The notes: generated from the letters alone by a model not told the origin. Shown: positions 48,266 to 59,344, numbered from the stretch's first letter. The stretch is 64,000 bases of DNA from Sphingomonadales bacterium (GCA_038244345.1 JBBRTO010000002.1:2949-66948); one strand, 5' to 3'. Numbers and translations are program-made.

Positions 48266-49999
48266 ATGAGATTCTGGATCGCTGTACTGCTCGCCCCGCT
48301 TGCCGCCTGCGCCAGCATGCCGCGCCAGTCTGCGGGGACGGTCGAGGTGCAGATCCTCGCGATCAACGATTTCCACGGCAATCTCGAGCCACCCAGGCTG
48401 ACCGTTCCCGCCGCTGACGGAGCGGTCCCGGCGGGTGGCGCGGCCTATCTCGCCACCGCGCTCAAGCAAACCCGCACCGTCAACAGCGTGACCGTCGCGG
48501 CGGGCGATCTGATCGGTGCCAGCCCGATCAGCTCGGCGTTGTTTCTCGACGAGCCGACGGTGACCGCGCTGAACATGGCGGGGCTCGAGCTGGCTTCGGT
48601 CGGCAATCACGAATTCGACAAGGGCGTCGCGGAGCTGAAGCGGATGCAGTCGGGCGGCTGCGTCAAGGTCGATCCGACAACCCGCAAACCGTGCCGGATC
48701 GAGCCGTTTGCGGGCGCCAAATTCTCCTATCTCGCCGCCAATGTGATCGACGGCAGCGGGACAAGCATCTTCCCGGGCACCGCAATCAAGACCATCGGTG
48801 GAATCCGAATGGGCTTCATTGGCATGACGTTGAAGGCGACCGGCACATTGGTCACACCGGCCGGGGTAGCGGGGGTGCGATTCACCGATGAGGCGGATAC
48901 CGCCAATGCCGTTGTCCCGGGCCTCAAAGCCGCCGGAGCGCAGGCGATAGTCCTGTTGATCCACCAGGGCGGTGCGCTGACCGGTCGCTTCGACGACCAG
49001 GGCTGCCCGGGGCTGAGCGGCGACATATTGCCGATCCTCGACCGGCTCGATCCGGCAATCCGGCTGGTGGTCTCGGGCCACACGCATAACGCCTACATTT
49101 GCCATATGCCCATTGCGGGCGGCGGTGAGCGGTTGCTGACCAGCGCGGGCAAATATGGCGCGTTGGTGACCGACATAAGGCTGACTTTCGCTCGGGCGGG
49201 CGGCGGATTGGTCAGCGAACGCGGCTCGTTCGTCATCGTCCAGGGCGAGCCGATCGCCACCGCCCGGCTGTCGGCCCCCCTGGTACGATCGTACCCGGTA
49301 TTCGCCGCCGACCCCGCGGTCGCGGAACTCGTCCAGCGCTATCACGACGCCGCCGCCGCGGAGGCCGATCGCCCCGTCGGCAAGCTTGATGGCACGCTTG
49401 TCCACAGCGAGGACCTGGGTGCGGAATCGACTGCGGCCGAGCTGATCTCCGATGCTCAACTATATGATGCTCGCAGTGCGACGCGCGGCCGGGCTGACCT
49501 CGCGCTGATGAACAATGGCGGCGCGCGCACCGATTTGCTCCCAGAGGCTGATGGCACGGTTCGCTTCGGCCAGATCTTCGCGATGCAACCGTTCGCCAAC
49601 AGCATCGTCACCCGCGGCTATACCGGGGCCGAGTTGAAGGCGGTGCTCGAGCAGCAGTTCGACAGCGGCCGCAACACGGTGGCCAACCCCAACCTCCTGC
49701 TGCCTTCATCCAATTTCGCCTTCAGCTACGACCGCTCGCGTCCGGCGGGACAGCGGATCGTCGCAATGAGCCTCGACGGCAAGCCAATCGAAGCGGCGCG
49801 AATCTACCGCATCGCGATCAACAATTTTCTCAGCAGTGGCGGCGACAATTTCACCTTGTTCAGCGCGGGCCGCGACCCGGTCGACGGAGGCCTCGATCTC
49901 GACGCCACCGAAGCCTATCTCGCGACCCGCCCAGCGGCGCCCAAGGCGAGCAGGATCACCGACCTTACGCCCAAGGGCTGGATCGCTCCCAAGCTTTAG
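48266..49999 (+). CDS. Bifunctional metallophosphatase/5'-nucleotidase lipoprotein
   Basis: LAAC lipobox, NDFHG, AGD, GNHEFD, SGHTH, NNGGAR, QPFAN. Confidence 0.92.
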   Translation: MRFWIAVLLAPLAACASMPRQSAGTVEVQILAINDFHGNLEPPRLTVPAADGAVPAGGAAYLATALKQTRTVNSVTVAAGDLIGASPISSALFLDEPTVTALNMAGLELASVGNHEFDKGVAELKRMQSGGCVKVDPTTRKPCRIEPFAGAKFSYLAANVIDGSGTSIFPGTAIKTIGGIRMGFIGMTLKATGTLVTPAGVAGVRFTDEADTANAVVPGLKAAGAQAIVLLIHQGGALTGRFDDQGCPGLSGDILPILDRLDPAIRLVVSGHTHNAYICHMPIAGGGERLLTSAGKYGALVTDIRLTFARAGGGLVSERGSFVIVQGEPIATARLSAPLVRSYPVFAADPAVAELVQRYHDAAAAEADRPVGKLDGTLVHSEDLGAESTAAELISDAQLYDARSATRGRADLALMNNGGARTDLLPEADGTVRFGQIFAMQPFANSIVTRGYTGAELKAVLEQQFDSGRNTVANPNLLLPSSNFAFSYDRSRPAGQRIVAMSLDGKPIEAARIYRIAINNFLSSGGDNFTLFSAGRDPVDGGLDLDATEAYLATRPAAPKASRITDLTPKGWIAPKL

Positions 50000-51450
50000 C
50001 GGAGCGGAGGTTCGTCGAAGCTTCTGAGCTTGCGGCTGTGCAGCGCGTCGCCTTCGCGTTTTAGGAGCTGGAGCGTTTCGATCCCGATTCGCAGATGCTG
50101 GCTGATCGCGCGCTCGTAGAAGGCGTTGGCCTGGCCGGGGAGTTTAAGCTCGCCGTGGAGCGGCTTGTCCGAGACGCAGAGCAAGGTGCCGTAAGGGACC
50201 CGGAAGCGATAGCCCTGGGCGGCGACGGTTGCCGATTCCATGTCGATCGCTACCGCCCGGCTCTGATTGAAGCGCAGCGCGCTCAAGGTGTAGCGGAGCT
50301 CCCAATTGCGGTCGTCGGTGGTGACGACGGTGCCGGTGCGGAGGCGTTTCTTGACGCTGTCTTCATCTTCGCCGGTGACTGCAACGGTTGCGTCGAACAG
50401 TGCGTTCTGGACCTCGGCGATGGCCGGGATCGGGATTTCGGGGGGCAGCATTTCGTCGAGGACGTGATCGTCGCGAAGGTAAGCGTGGGCGAGGACATAG
50501 TCGCCGATCGTCTGGCTGAGGCGAAGCCCGCCGCAATGGCCGATCATCAGCCATGCTTCGGGACGGAGCACCGCGATATGGTCGCAGATCGTCTTGGCGT
50601 TGCTCGGGCCGACGCCGATGTTGACCAAGGTCACCCCCTCGCCCTTGTCGCTCATCAGATGATAGGCCGGCATCTGGTGGCGGCGCCACGAGCCGGCGGC
50701 GATTTGCGCCTCGGCATCCTCCAATTCACCGCGCTCGAACCGCCCGCCTGGGACCGACAGCGAGGTGAATTGGCTGTCGGGCGAGCGCAAAGCATCGATC
50801 GCGAAGCGAACGAATTCGTCGACGTAACGGACGTAATTGGTGAACAGGATGAAGTGCTGAAAATGCTCGGGCGAGGTGCCGGTGTAATGCTTTAGCCGGG
50901 CCAGGCTGAAGTCGGTTCGCGGGCCGTCAAACAGAGCCAGGGGACGACTGTCGGACGAGGTCGCGTCATACACGCCGTCGGCCACTTCATCGCCGATGTG
51001 GGCAAGCTCGGTCGAGGGGAACCAGCGCGACAGTTCGGCGGGGCTGAGACCGCCAAGCACGAGCTCGCCGCCGTCGAGGACGTAAGGGTAACTGATTTCG
51101 CTGGGTGAACGGCCGACCGAAATTTCGACCGGGTAATCGCGCACCAGATGCTCGAGCTGCTCGGTCAGATATGCGCGGAACAAGGCCGGGCGGGCGATCG
51201 AAGTGGTGTAACTGCCCGGCTGACTGATCCGGGCGAAGGCGCGCATCGATGGCGCGGGTGGGGTGGTCGGGTCGTAGTCGATCCTGAGTTCGGGATAAGC
51301 GAAAGCACCGGCAGCGCGAGCCGCTGGGTCGGGCCGGGTGCCGTCAGCTGCGAACGCCAACAGGGCGCTTCGCAGATTGTCGACCGATTCATCGTAAATT
51401 GCCTCGAGCGCGTCGAGCAGGGCGGGGATCGCCTCGATCTTGGTCATCAT
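49996..51450 (-). CDS. amn: AMP nucleosidase
   Basis: DFSLARLKHYTGT, QMPAYHL, NIGVGPSNAKT, AIDMESAT, SDKPLHGE. Confidence 0.95.
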   Translation of the reverse strand: MMTKIEAIPALLDALEAIYDESVDNLRSALLAFAADGTRPDPAARAAGAFAYPELRIDYDPTTPPAPSMRAFARISQPGSYTTSIARPALFRAYLTEQLEHLVRDYPVEISVGRSPSEISYPYVLDGGELVLGGLSPAELSRWFPSTELAHIGDEVADGVYDATSSDSRPLALFDGPRTDFSLARLKHYTGTSPEHFQHFILFTNYVRYVDEFVRFAIDALRSPDSQFTSLSVPGGRFERGELEDAEAQIAAGSWRRHQMPAYHLMSDKGEGVTLVNIGVGPSNAKTICDHIAVLRPEAWLMIGHCGGLRLSQTIGDYVLAHAYLRDDHVLDEMLPPEIPIPAIAEVQNALFDATVAVTGEDEDSVKKRLRTGTVVTTDDRNWELRYTLSALRFNQSRAVAIDMESATVAAQGYRFRVPYGTLLCVSDKPLHGELKLPGQANAFYERAISQHLRIGIETLQLLKREGDALHSRKLRSFDEPPLR

Positions 51451-51506
51451 GGCCTCGCTTGCCGGTTCAAGGCGCGCGACGCAAGGGGCGACCGTAACGG
51501 TTGATT

Positions 51507-51524
51507 TAATAAGCGTACTTATTA
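51507..51524. promoter_or_regulatory. MarR-type operator palindrome
   Basis: TAATAAG-cgta-CTTATTA, 11 nt upstream of MarR ATG. Confidence 0.7.
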
Positions 51525-51535
51525 TATGGGTGGTT

Positions 51536-52000
51536 ATGGCCCTTGAAAGCATTCCCTTCGAAATCGCGGAGACGGCGCACAGCCTGCGTCGCGAGTTTGA
51601 TCGTCGCGCCGCCCCGCTGGGCGTGACCCGAGCGCAGTGGCGGGCGCTCGCCTGGCTTGGGCGCGAGCCCGGGCTTCGCCAGGTCGAGCTTGCCGATCAT
51701 CTCGACATCGAGCCGATCACCTTGTGCCGGATCGTCGATCGGCTGGAGGAATCGGGCCTGGTCGAGCGCCGCCGTGACCCCGAGGATCGGCGCGCATGGA
51801 GGCTTCATCTGACGCCCAAGGGCGAGCCCCTGCTCGAGCAAATGCGCGCGCTCGCCGGGCAAATGGCACAGGAAGCGTTCGAAGGCGTTACTCCGCAGAC
51901 GATCGACTTGCTGCGCGAGGCGCTCGCGCAAGTGCGTGAAAATCTTTCCGCCGCCCCGGTGTCGCCCAACGAAATTTCGCCCAAAAGGATGTCGGCGTGA
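51536..52000 (+). CDS. MarR/SlyA family regulator
   Basis: GVTRAQW, QVELA, LVERRRDPEDRRA..LTPKG. Confidence 0.93.
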   Translation: MALESIPFEIAETAHSLRREFDRRAAPLGVTRAQWRALAWLGREPGLRQVELADHLDIEPITLCRIVDRLEESGLVERRRDPEDRRAWRLHLTPKGEPLLEQMRALAGQMAQEAFEGVTPQTIDLLREALAQVRENLSAAPVSPNEISPKRMSA

Positions 52001-53049
52001 ACCAGATGAAGTCTATCCAGGCCGAGGCGGAAGCCCCGGTCGAGGTCAAGCCCAAGCCCAAGCGCAATGCGAAGCGCTGGGCGCTGATGCTGTCGTTGCC
52101 GCTGCTGCTGCTCGTGGTCGGCGGCTATTTGTGGCTGACCAGTGGGCGCAGCGTGTCGACCGACAATGCCTATGTTAAGCAGGACATCGTCTCGGTCTCG
52201 ACCCAGATCAACGGGCCGGTGGTCGAGGTGTTCGTGCGCGAGAACCAGCACGTCAATCGCGGCGATGCCTTGTACCGGGTCGATCCCGGATCGGCCGAGG
52301 TCGCCTTGCTGCAGGCCGAAGCGCAGCTTTCCGCCGCCGATCTCCAGACCCGTCAGCTGGGCGTTGCCGCCACCGGCACCGGTGGCGATATCGTTGGCGC
52401 CACCGCCAATCTCGCCATCCAGCGCCGCGCGCTTGCCCGTCAACAGGCGTTGCTGGGGCGCGGTTTTACGACGCGGTCGGATTATGACGATGCGGTCAGT
52501 GAAGTGCAGAAAGCCGAGACCCAGCTGGCCGATGCGCGGGCCAAGGCGGCCAACGCCAATGCCGCGATCGCGTCGACCGGCAACCAACCGCAGATCGCCG
52601 CCGCGCGCGCCGCCATCGCCAAGGCGCGGCTCGACCTGACCCGCGGCCTGGTGCGAGCGCCGGAAAGCGGGATCGTCGCCAATTCGGACCGCTTGCTGGT
52701 CGGGCAGTCGGCGATCACCGGGGTCGCGATGCTGTCGATCGTTAAGGACAAGGCCGGCTGGGTCGAAGCCAATTTCAAGGAAAGCGACCTCGCCAGGATG
52801 CAGGTTGGCCAGCCCGCGACGATCAAGTTCGATGCTTATCCGGGCCTCAAGGTGCGCGGCCATGTCGCGTCGATCGGGGCTGGGACGGGAAGCGAATTCT
52901 CGGTGCTTCCGGCGCAGAATGCCAACGGCAACTGGGTCAAGGTGACCCAGCGGGTTCCGGTCCGGGTGGCATTCGACGAGACCCCGAAGCGCTCGATGAT
53001 CGCGGGCCTGTCCGCGCAGGTCGAAATCGACCTTCAAAGCAAGCGTTAG
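51997..53049 (+). CDS. EmrA/HlyD family efflux membrane fusion protein
   Basis: STDNAYV, WVEANFKE, PAQNANGNWVKVTQRVPVR. Confidence 0.92.
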   Translation: MNQMKSIQAEAEAPVEVKPKPKRNAKRWALMLSLPLLLLVVGGYLWLTSGRSVSTDNAYVKQDIVSVSTQINGPVVEVFVRENQHVNRGDALYRVDPGSAEVALLQAEAQLSAADLQTRQLGVAATGTGGDIVGATANLAIQRRALARQQALLGRGFTTRSDYDDAVSEVQKAETQLADARAKAANANAAIASTGNQPQIAAARAAIAKARLDLTRGLVRAPESGIVANSDRLLVGQSAITGVAMLSIVKDKAGWVEANFKESDLARMQVGQPATIKFDAYPGLKVRGHVASIGAGTGSEFSVLPAQNANGNWVKVTQRVPVRVAFDETPKRSMIAGLSAQVEIDLQSKR

Positions 53050-53058
53050 GCCAAGCCT

Positions 53059-54594
53059 ATGATCGAGCACACGCTCGACCCGGCCCAGCGCGCCCTCGTC
53101 ACCATCGCGGTCATGCTGGCGGTGCTGATGCAGGTGCTCGACACGACCATCGCCAATGTCGCTTTGCCGCACATGCAGGCCAGCCTCGGCGCGACCCAGG
53201 AGAGCGTCAACTGGGTGCTGACCAGTTACATTGTCGCCAGCGCCATCGCCATTCCGATCTCGGGCTGGCTGGCCGACAAGATCGGGCGCAAGAGATTGTT
53301 GCTCCTCGCGGTGATCGGCTTCACCATCGCCTCTTTGCTGTGCGCTATCGCCACCAGCCTCAACGAAATGGTCGTTTTCCGCGCGATCCAGGGCGTGACC
53401 GGGGCGTTCCTGGTGCCCCTGAGCCAGGCGACCCTGTTCGACATCAACCCGCCCGAGCGGCACGCCCGGGCGATGGCCTTGTTCGGCGGCGGGATCATGA
53501 TCGGGCCGATCATGGGCCCGGTGCTCGGCGGCTGGCTAACCGACAGCTTCAACTGGCGCTGGGTGTTCCTGGTCAATCTTCCGGTCGGCGTGATCGCCAC
53601 CGTGATGTTGCTGCGCTACATGCCCAAGAGCCCGCTCAGCCCGCGCAAGTTCGACATATTCGGCTTCGCCTTGCTCGGGCTTGCGCTTGGCAGCCTGCAG
53701 CTGATGCTCGACCGCGGGCAGCAGCTCGACTGGTTCGCCAGCTGGGAAATCTGGATCGAACTCGGGCTGTGTCTTGGTGCGGCGTGGATGTTCGTCACCC
53801 ACACGCTGACCGCGCGCGAGCCGTTGTTCGAGCGCGTCATGTTCAACGATCGCAATTTCGCGCTCGGCATGTTCTTCATGGTGGTGACCGGGCTGCTGCT
53901 GCTGGCCGGCCTCGCCTTGCTTCCGCCGTTGCTCCAGCGGCTTTATGGCTATTCGGTGTTCCAGTCGGGCCTGCTGACCATGCCGCGCGGGGTCGGGACC
54001 CTGATCTCGATGCTGCTTGCCGGACGGTTGATTGGCAAGATCGACCTTCGAATCCTGGTCGCGCTGGGCATGGCGCTGATGGCCTGGTCGCTGCACATCA
54101 TGTCGGGCTTCGCGATCGAAATGGGCAGCCGGCCGGTGATCATTTCCGGAGTCATTCAGGGCCTCGGGCTCGGATTGATGTTCGTCACCATCCAGAGTCT
54201 CGCCTTCGCGACCCTGGTGCCGCGTCTGCGGACCGCCGCCGCAAGCCTGCTCAACCTGTCGCGCAACATCGGCGGGTCGATCGGGATCAGCGTCGTCGCG
54301 GCCTTGCTGGCGCGCAACATCCAGCAGGCCCATGCCGACATGGTCGGCCACATCAGCGACCAGACGCTGCCGCCATTGAGCGGCGCGGTGGTCAGCCAAT
54401 TGGGCCTGCCTGCCGAAGCCGCGGTCGTGCTGGCCAATGCCGAGATCAACCGCCAGGCGGCGTTCATCGCCTACATCGACGATTTCTATCTGATGATGTG
54501 GGTCACGCTGGCCGCGATCCCGCTCGTGCTGCTGCTCCGGCCGGCGAAGAAGGAAGTGCCCGGCGAATTGCACGATTCGATGGTGCTCGATTGA
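53059..54594 (+). CDS. EmrB/DHA2 efflux MFS permease
   Basis: LDTTIANVALP, WVLTSY, WRWVFLVNLP, RNIGGSIG. Confidence 0.92.
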   Translation: MIEHTLDPAQRALVTIAVMLAVLMQVLDTTIANVALPHMQASLGATQESVNWVLTSYIVASAIAIPISGWLADKIGRKRLLLLAVIGFTIASLLCAIATSLNEMVVFRAIQGVTGAFLVPLSQATLFDINPPERHARAMALFGGGIMIGPIMGPVLGGWLTDSFNWRWVFLVNLPVGVIATVMLLRYMPKSPLSPRKFDIFGFALLGLALGSLQLMLDRGQQLDWFASWEIWIELGLCLGAAWMFVTHTLTAREPLFERVMFNDRNFALGMFFMVVTGLLLLAGLALLPPLLQRLYGYSVFQSGLLTMPRGVGTLISMLLAGRLIGKIDLRILVALGMALMAWSLHIMSGFAIEMGSRPVIISGVIQGLGLGLMFVTIQSLAFATLVPRLRTAAASLLNLSRNIGGSIGISVVAALLARNIQQAHADMVGHISDQTLPPLSGAVVSQLGLPAEAAVVLANAEINRQAAFIAYIDDFYLMMWVTLAAIPLVLLLRPAKKEVPGELHDSMVLD

Positions 54595-54598
54595 TGGT

Positions 54599-55381
54599 TC
54601 AGGCGGCGATAAATCCGCCGTCGATCATGTGGATCGAGCCGTTGCAATAGCTGGAGGCATCGCTGGCGAGGAAAGCGAGCAGATGCGCCACTTCTTCGCT
54701 GGTGCCATATCGCTTCATCGCAATGCTGGCCTCAATGCCTTCGCGCAGCGCGGCGGGATCGTCGGGCGCGAGCTGGTTTTGAAGCGAATCGATCATGCGA
54801 TTGTCGATCGGGCCCGGCCCGACCGCGTTGACGCGGATCTTGAACGGTCCGAGCTCGAGCGCGGCGGTTTTGACCAGCCCGAACACCGCATGCTTGCTTG
54901 CGATATAGGGCGCCATCGCGGGAAAGCCGATCATTCCGGCGATGGACGACAAAGCGACGATCGAGCCGCCACCGCGCGCCTTCATCGGCGCGACACTATG
55001 CTTCATCGCCAGCCACACGCCGATGACATTGGTTTGCAACGTATCGTTGAAATCCTCGACGGTGAGCGCTTCGATCGGCTTCAGTACGCCCTCGGTCCCG
55101 GCATTGGCGATCAGAATGTCGAGTCCGCCGAACCGTTCGATGGTCTTGGCCACCGCGGCGGCCGTCGCCGCTTCGTCGGTTGAATCGGCGATCGCGCCGT
55201 CAAATTCGCCAATATTTTCGAGCCGCTGTTTGGTCTCCGCCAATTTGGCAGGTGAGCGCGCCACCAGCATCACTTTCGCGCCAAGTTCGAGAAACAGTTT
55301 GGCGGTCGCTTCGCCGATACCGCCGGTCGCCCCGGTGACGATCGCCACCTTGCCGTCTAACCGCTGCCTGTTGGTGCTCAT
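54599..55381 (-). CDS. Short-chain dehydrogenase/reductase
   Basis: [21 protein letters not shown]. Confidence 0.92.
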   Translation of the reverse strand: MSTNRQRLDGKVAIVTGATGGIGEATAKLFLELGAKVMLVARSPAKLAETKQRLENIGEFDGAIADSTDEAATAAAVAKTIERFGGLDILIANAGTEGVLKPIEALTVEDFNDTLQTNVIGVWLAMKHSVAPMKARGGGSIVALSSIAGMIGFPAMAPYIASKHAVFGLVKTAALELGPFKIRVNAVGPGPIDNRMIDSLQNQLAPDDPAALREGIEASIAMKRYGTSEEVAHLLAFLASDASSYCNGSIHMIDGGFIAA

Positions 55382-55515
55382 GCCTTTGCCCCTCGTGGTT
55401 ACTGGTTTATCCGGCGAAGCAACAAGGACGGGCGAGCGACTATCACAATGTGGACGCGGTGATGCAGCAATTTCGCGGCAGTGGCGTTGGATCAGCGAAT
55501 TATCTGGAGAATGAC

Positions 55516-56508
55516 ATGACGATTGCCACGCGCACACTTGGCCGCAATGGGCCGACGGTCTCGGCGATCGGTCTTGGGTGCATGGGAATGAGCGAATTTT
55601 ACGGGTCGCGCGACGATGCCGAGTCGATCGCGACGATTCATCATGCGCTGGAGGAGGGCGTCAACTTCCTCGACACCGCCGACATGTACGGGCCGTTCAT
55701 CAACGAGGAGCTGGTCGGCAAGGCGATCGCCGACCGTCGTGACGACGTGTTCCTGGCGACCAAGTTCGGGAATATGCGTGGGGCCGATGGCGCGTTCCTC
55801 GGGGTTAACGGCAAGCCCGACTATGTCCGCTCGTCGTGCGAGGCGAGCCTGAAGCGGCTCGGGGTGGAGACGATCGATCTATATTACCAGCACCGGGTCG
55901 ATCCCGACACGCCGATCGAGGATACGGTCGGCGAGATGGCGCGCCTCAAGGAGGAAGGAAAGATCCGCTTCCTCGGGCTCAGCGAGGCGGCGCCCGACAC
56001 CATTCGCCGGGCGCACGCCACTCACAAGATCACCGCTCTACAGACCGAATATTCGCTGTGGAGCCGCGATGCCGAGGATGAAGTGCTGCCGACAGTGCGC
56101 GAGCTTGGCATCGGCTATGTCGCATATTCGCCGCTCGGGCGCGGCTTCCTGACCGGCGAGATCCGCCGGCCAGAGGATTTCCCAGACAATGATTATCGCC
56201 GCTTCCACCCGCGCTTCACCGGCGAGAATTTCGCCAAGAATATCGCTTTGGTCGACCGGATCGAGGCGCTGGCCAAGACCAAGGGCGTGACCGCAGCGCA
56301 GCTGGCGCTGGCGTGGGTACTTGCCCAGGGCGACGACATCGTCCCGATCCCCGGGACCAAGCGCCGCAGCTACCTCGACCAGAATATCGCGGCGGCCAAG
56401 ATTACGGTCGGCCGCGCGGAACTCGACACGTTGGATGCGATCCTGCCGCCCGGCGCCGCGGGCGGCGACCGGTATCACGCGCAAGGGATGGCGACGGTCA
56501 ACCGCTAG
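55516..56508 (+). CDS. Aldo/keto reductase
   Basis: [40 protein letters not shown]. Confidence 0.95.
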   Translation: MTIATRTLGRNGPTVSAIGLGCMGMSEFYGSRDDAESIATIHHALEEGVNFLDTADMYGPFINEELVGKAIADRRDDVFLATKFGNMRGADGAFLGVNGKPDYVRSSCEASLKRLGVETIDLYYQHRVDPDTPIEDTVGEMARLKEEGKIRFLGLSEAAPDTIRRAHATHKITALQTEYSLWSRDAEDEVLPTVRELGIGYVAYSPLGRGFLTGEIRRPEDFPDNDYRRFHPRFTGENFAKNIALVDRIEALAKTKGVTAAQLALAWVLAQGDDIVPIPGTKRRSYLDQNIAAAKITVGRAELDTLDAILPPGAAGGDRYHAQGMATVNR

Positions 56509-56515
56509 CGCAGGC

Positions 56516-56550
56516 AAACAAAAAGGGCGGCCCTGGCGGGACCGCCCTTC
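56516..56550 (-). terminator. Terminator of rplM-rpsI (probably bidirectional)
   Basis: Minus strand AAGGGCGGTCCC-GCCA-GGGCCGCCCTTTTTGTTT between convergent genes. Confidence 0.8.
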
Positions 56551-56569
56551 GTTGTAGGTGGAGGCTCGC

Positions 56570-57160
56570 TTATCGCTTGCTGAACTGGAAGCTCTTGCGC
56601 GCCTTGGCCTTGCCGTACTTCTTGCGCTCGACCGCGCGGCTATCGCGGGTCAGGAAACCGGCGCGCTTGACGGTCGTGCGGAGCACCGGCTCGTACCTGG
56701 TCAACGCCTGGGCGATGCCGTGCAGCACCGCGCCCGCCTGGCCCGACAGCCCGCCGCCCTTGACGGTGGCGACAATGTCATACTGGCCGGCGCGATCGGT
56801 GATTCCGAACGGCTGGTTGATCACCAGGCGAAGCGTCGGACGAGCGAAATAGACTTCCTGCTCGCGGCCATTGACGGTGATCTTGCCCGAGCCCGGCTTG
56901 AGCCAGACGCGGGCGACCGCATCCTTGCGACGGCCGGTGGCGTAGGCGCGGCCGAACTTGTCGAGCTGCTGCTCGCGAAGTGGAGCCTCGGGCTGGACGT
57001 TGACCGGGGCCGGAGCTTCTTCGGCCTCGGCAGCCGGAGCAGCGTCCGCGGCGGGAGCATCGGCAACCGTGGTTTCGGTGGCGGCGGTCTCGGCGGGGAC
57101 CTCGGGCTTTTCGCTGGTCAGCGCGCCGAGGTCGGACAGGGACTTCTTCTTGTCGGCCAT
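56570..57160 (-). CDS. rpsI: 30S ribosomal protein S9
   Basis: [22 protein letters not shown], ends QFSKR. Confidence 0.98.
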   Translation of the reverse strand: MADKKKSLSDLGALTSEKPEVPAETAATETTVADAPAADAAPAAEAEEAPAPVNVQPEAPLREQQLDKFGRAYATGRRKDAVARVWLKPGSGKITVNGREQEVYFARPTLRLVINQPFGITDRAGQYDIVATVKGGGLSGQAGAVLHGIAQALTRYEPVLRTTVKRAGFLTRDSRAVERKKYGKAKARKSFQFSKR

Positions 57161-57161
57161 G

Positions 57162-57641
57162 TTATGCGCCCACCTTGTTCTTGCGGTTCATCGCGGCGAC
57201 GTCGAGCGCCTCCGGGCTCTGGCCGCCGTGCGGATGCTCGGCGGTGTTGTAGAGGTGCAGGGCGCGCATCTGGTCGCGACCGAGCGGCCCGCGCGGGATC
57301 ATCCGCTCGACGGCCTTTTCCAGAATCCGCTCGGGGAAGCGGCCCTCAAGGATCTTGTCGGCGGTGACTTCCTTCAAGCCGCCGACATAGCCGGTGTGCT
57401 TGTAGTAGATCTTGTTCTGCAGCTTGCGGCCGGTGAAGCGCACCTTGCCGGCATTGATGACGACGACATGGTCGCCGCAATCGACGTGCGGGGTGTAGCT
57501 CGGCTTGTTCTTGCCACGCAGGATGTTGGCGATGATCGACGCCAGGCGTCCGACCACCAGGCCGTCGGCATCGATCAGATGCCACTTTTTCACCACGTCA
57601 GCCGGTTTGATCGACTTGGTGGTCTTCATCAGCGCCTTCAT
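57162..57641 (-). CDS. rplM: 50S ribosomal protein L13
   Basis: [30 protein letters not shown]. Confidence 0.98.
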   Translation of the reverse strand: MKALMKTTKSIKPADVVKKWHLIDADGLVVGRLASIIANILRGKNKPSYTPHVDCGDHVVVINAGKVRFTGRKLQNKIYYKHTGYVGGLKEVTADKILEGRFPERILEKAVERMIPRGPLGRDQMRALHLYNTAEHPHGGQSPEALDVAAMNRKNKVGA

Positions 57642-57788
57642 GGGCTGGGACCTCTTCGTTAAAATGTGCGAGAGGCGCCCCCGATGGAAGCGCCGTCAAG
57701 CGGGCTATTCGCCGCCCATGACCAAAAAGTCAAGCAAATGCAGGCGATTCTCGACGGGTAAAATGTTACCCGTTGGTTTCTTCGGCCG

Positions 57789-58832
57789 TCACCTTGGTTC
57801 ACGCCCCAAGGCATTCGCGCCCCACGCGACCGCCGCGACCAGGCTGGCGCCGACCGCCTGGTGGAGTACCGCGAGCCACAATTCGACCCCACTCATCACC
57901 GTGGCGATACCGAGCAGGATCTGCAGCCCGAGCGCGCTGTGGATAGCGATCGACGCACGGCGGTCGATCGGCTTCACCTTCCGCGCAAACAGCACCAGCA
58001 GGACGACCACCGCCCACGCCCACCAGCGGTGAATGAAGTGGATCAGATACGGATCGTGGGTGAAGGCGAAACCGGCGCCGCGCGACCAGTCGATGCCCTC
58101 CGGCAGCAGCCGGTCGTTCATCAGTGGCCAGCTGTTGGCGACTTGCCCGGCACGAAGCCCGGCGACCCACGCACCGACCATCAGTTGCAGCCCAAGGCCG
58201 GCGAGCACCAAGGCGGTGAACAGGCGCAAGCGGGCAGGGCGGGTATCGGGATCGCGGGCCAAGGCTCGCAGGTCGAGCGCGGTCCACACCAGACCGCCCA
58301 GCGTGAACAACGCTAGCAGCAGATGCGCGGACAGCCGGAAGTGGCTGACCTCGGTCCGCCCGGCGAGCCCCGATTGGACCATGTACCAGCCGAGCGCGCC
58401 TTGCGCCCCGCCGAGCAGCAGCAGCGCGACCAGCCGCAAGGCATAGCCGCGGGGAATTGCCCGCTTCACCGCGAACCACGCCAGCGGCAGCGCGAAGGCC
58501 AGCCCGACCATGCGGCCGAGCAAGCGGTGGATCCATTCCCAGAAGAAAATGAACTGGAACTGCCCGAGGCTCATCCCGGCGGGGCCGCTGACTTGCTGGT
58601 ATTGCGAGGTCGCCTTGTAGAGGTCGAAGGCATGCGCCCAGTCGGCCGCGGTAAGCGGCGGGATCGCGCCCGACACCGGTTTCCATTCGGTGATGCTCAG
58701 CCCGCTCTCGGTAAGGCGAGTGATGCCGCCGATCACCACCATCGCGAACACCAGGGAGGCAACGGCCAGCAGCCAGTTGGCCATGGCGTGCGGGCGGATG
58801 CGGGATCGGGCGGGGGGAGGGGGCGAGTCCAT
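57789..58832 (-). CDS. ctaA: Heme A synthase (COX15/CtaA)
   Basis: GGITRLTESGLSITEW, WEWIHR, GWYMVQSGL, HFIHR, LHQ; start uncertain. Confidence 0.92.
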   Translation of the reverse strand: MDSPPPPARSRIRPHAMANWLLAVASLVFAMVVIGGITRLTESGLSITEWKPVSGAIPPLTAADWAHAFDLYKATSQYQQVSGPAGMSLGQFQFIFFWEWIHRLLGRMVGLAFALPLAWFAVKRAIPRGYALRLVALLLLGGAQGALGWYMVQSGLAGRTEVSHFRLSAHLLLALFTLGGLVWTALDLRALARDPDTRPARLRLFTALVLAGLGLQLMVGAWVAGLRAGQVANSWPLMNDRLLPEGIDWSRGAGFAFTHDPYLIHFIHRWWAWAVVVLLVLFARKVKPIDRRASIAIHSALGLQILLGIATVMSGVELWLAVLHQAVGASLVAAVAWGANALGREPR

Positions 58833-58887
58833 GCGGGGCGATATGGCGCTGGCCGGCGCGCCTGCCAAGGGAGCAACGATCTTTCAA

Positions 58888-58924
58888 TGAGATATTGTAA
58901 CTTCAACTTTGTGACGTTATATCC
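58888..58924. promoter_or_regulatory. Two tandem Zur-box-like sites
   Basis: TGAGATATTGTAACT and TGTGACGTTATATCC resemble the TGTTATANTATAACA-type Zur box; just upstream of the MerC-domain and Fur-family genes. Confidence 0.55.
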
Positions 58925-58930
58925 TCGGCC

Positions 58931-59299
58931 ATGCAAGCGTTCGCGATTCCCACTCACCGCCTCGACCGGCTGGCGATCGGCCTGTCCGGGCTGTGCGTGG
59001 TGCATTGCCTCGGTACCGCGGTCGTGCTCGCCGTGCTGGCCAGCGCGGGCGGAGTGTTCGGCGCGCCGATCATCCACGAAGTCGGGCTCAGCCTGGCGAT
59101 GCTGCTCGGCGCGATTTCGCTCGGCAAGGGGATTTTCGACCATGGCTACACCTTGCCGGCGTCGGTCGGTGGGCTTGGGCTCGGGATCATGGCCGGGGCG
59201 TTGACCCTGCCGCATGATGGCGGCGAGGCGCTGTACACGGTGATCGGGGTGGCAATCCTGGCGCTCGGCCACCGCCTCAACTTTATCGCCGCCGAATAG
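58931..59299 (+). CDS. MerC domain membrane protein
   Basis: DRLAIGLSGLCVVHC, IHE, E..YT..G..LALGH..N. Confidence 0.85.
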   Translation: MQAFAIPTHRLDRLAIGLSGLCVVHCLGTAVVLAVLASAGGVFGAPIIHEVGLSLAMLLGAISLGKGIFDHGYTLPASVGGLGLGIMAGALTLPHDGGEALYTVIGVAILALGHRLNFIAAE

Positions 59300-59344
59300 C
59301 CAGGGCGCTTGTGGCGGCGGCAACGTCGGCCTATTTCACCTGGC

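Noticed and set aside
51805-53463. 552-aa minus-strand ORF
   Set aside because: Antisense shadow of the MarR-EmrAB genes.
56990-57160. Long Ala/Glu-rich N-terminal extension of S9 as a novelty
   Set aside because: Variable N-terminal extensions of S9 are common in Alphaproteobacteria.
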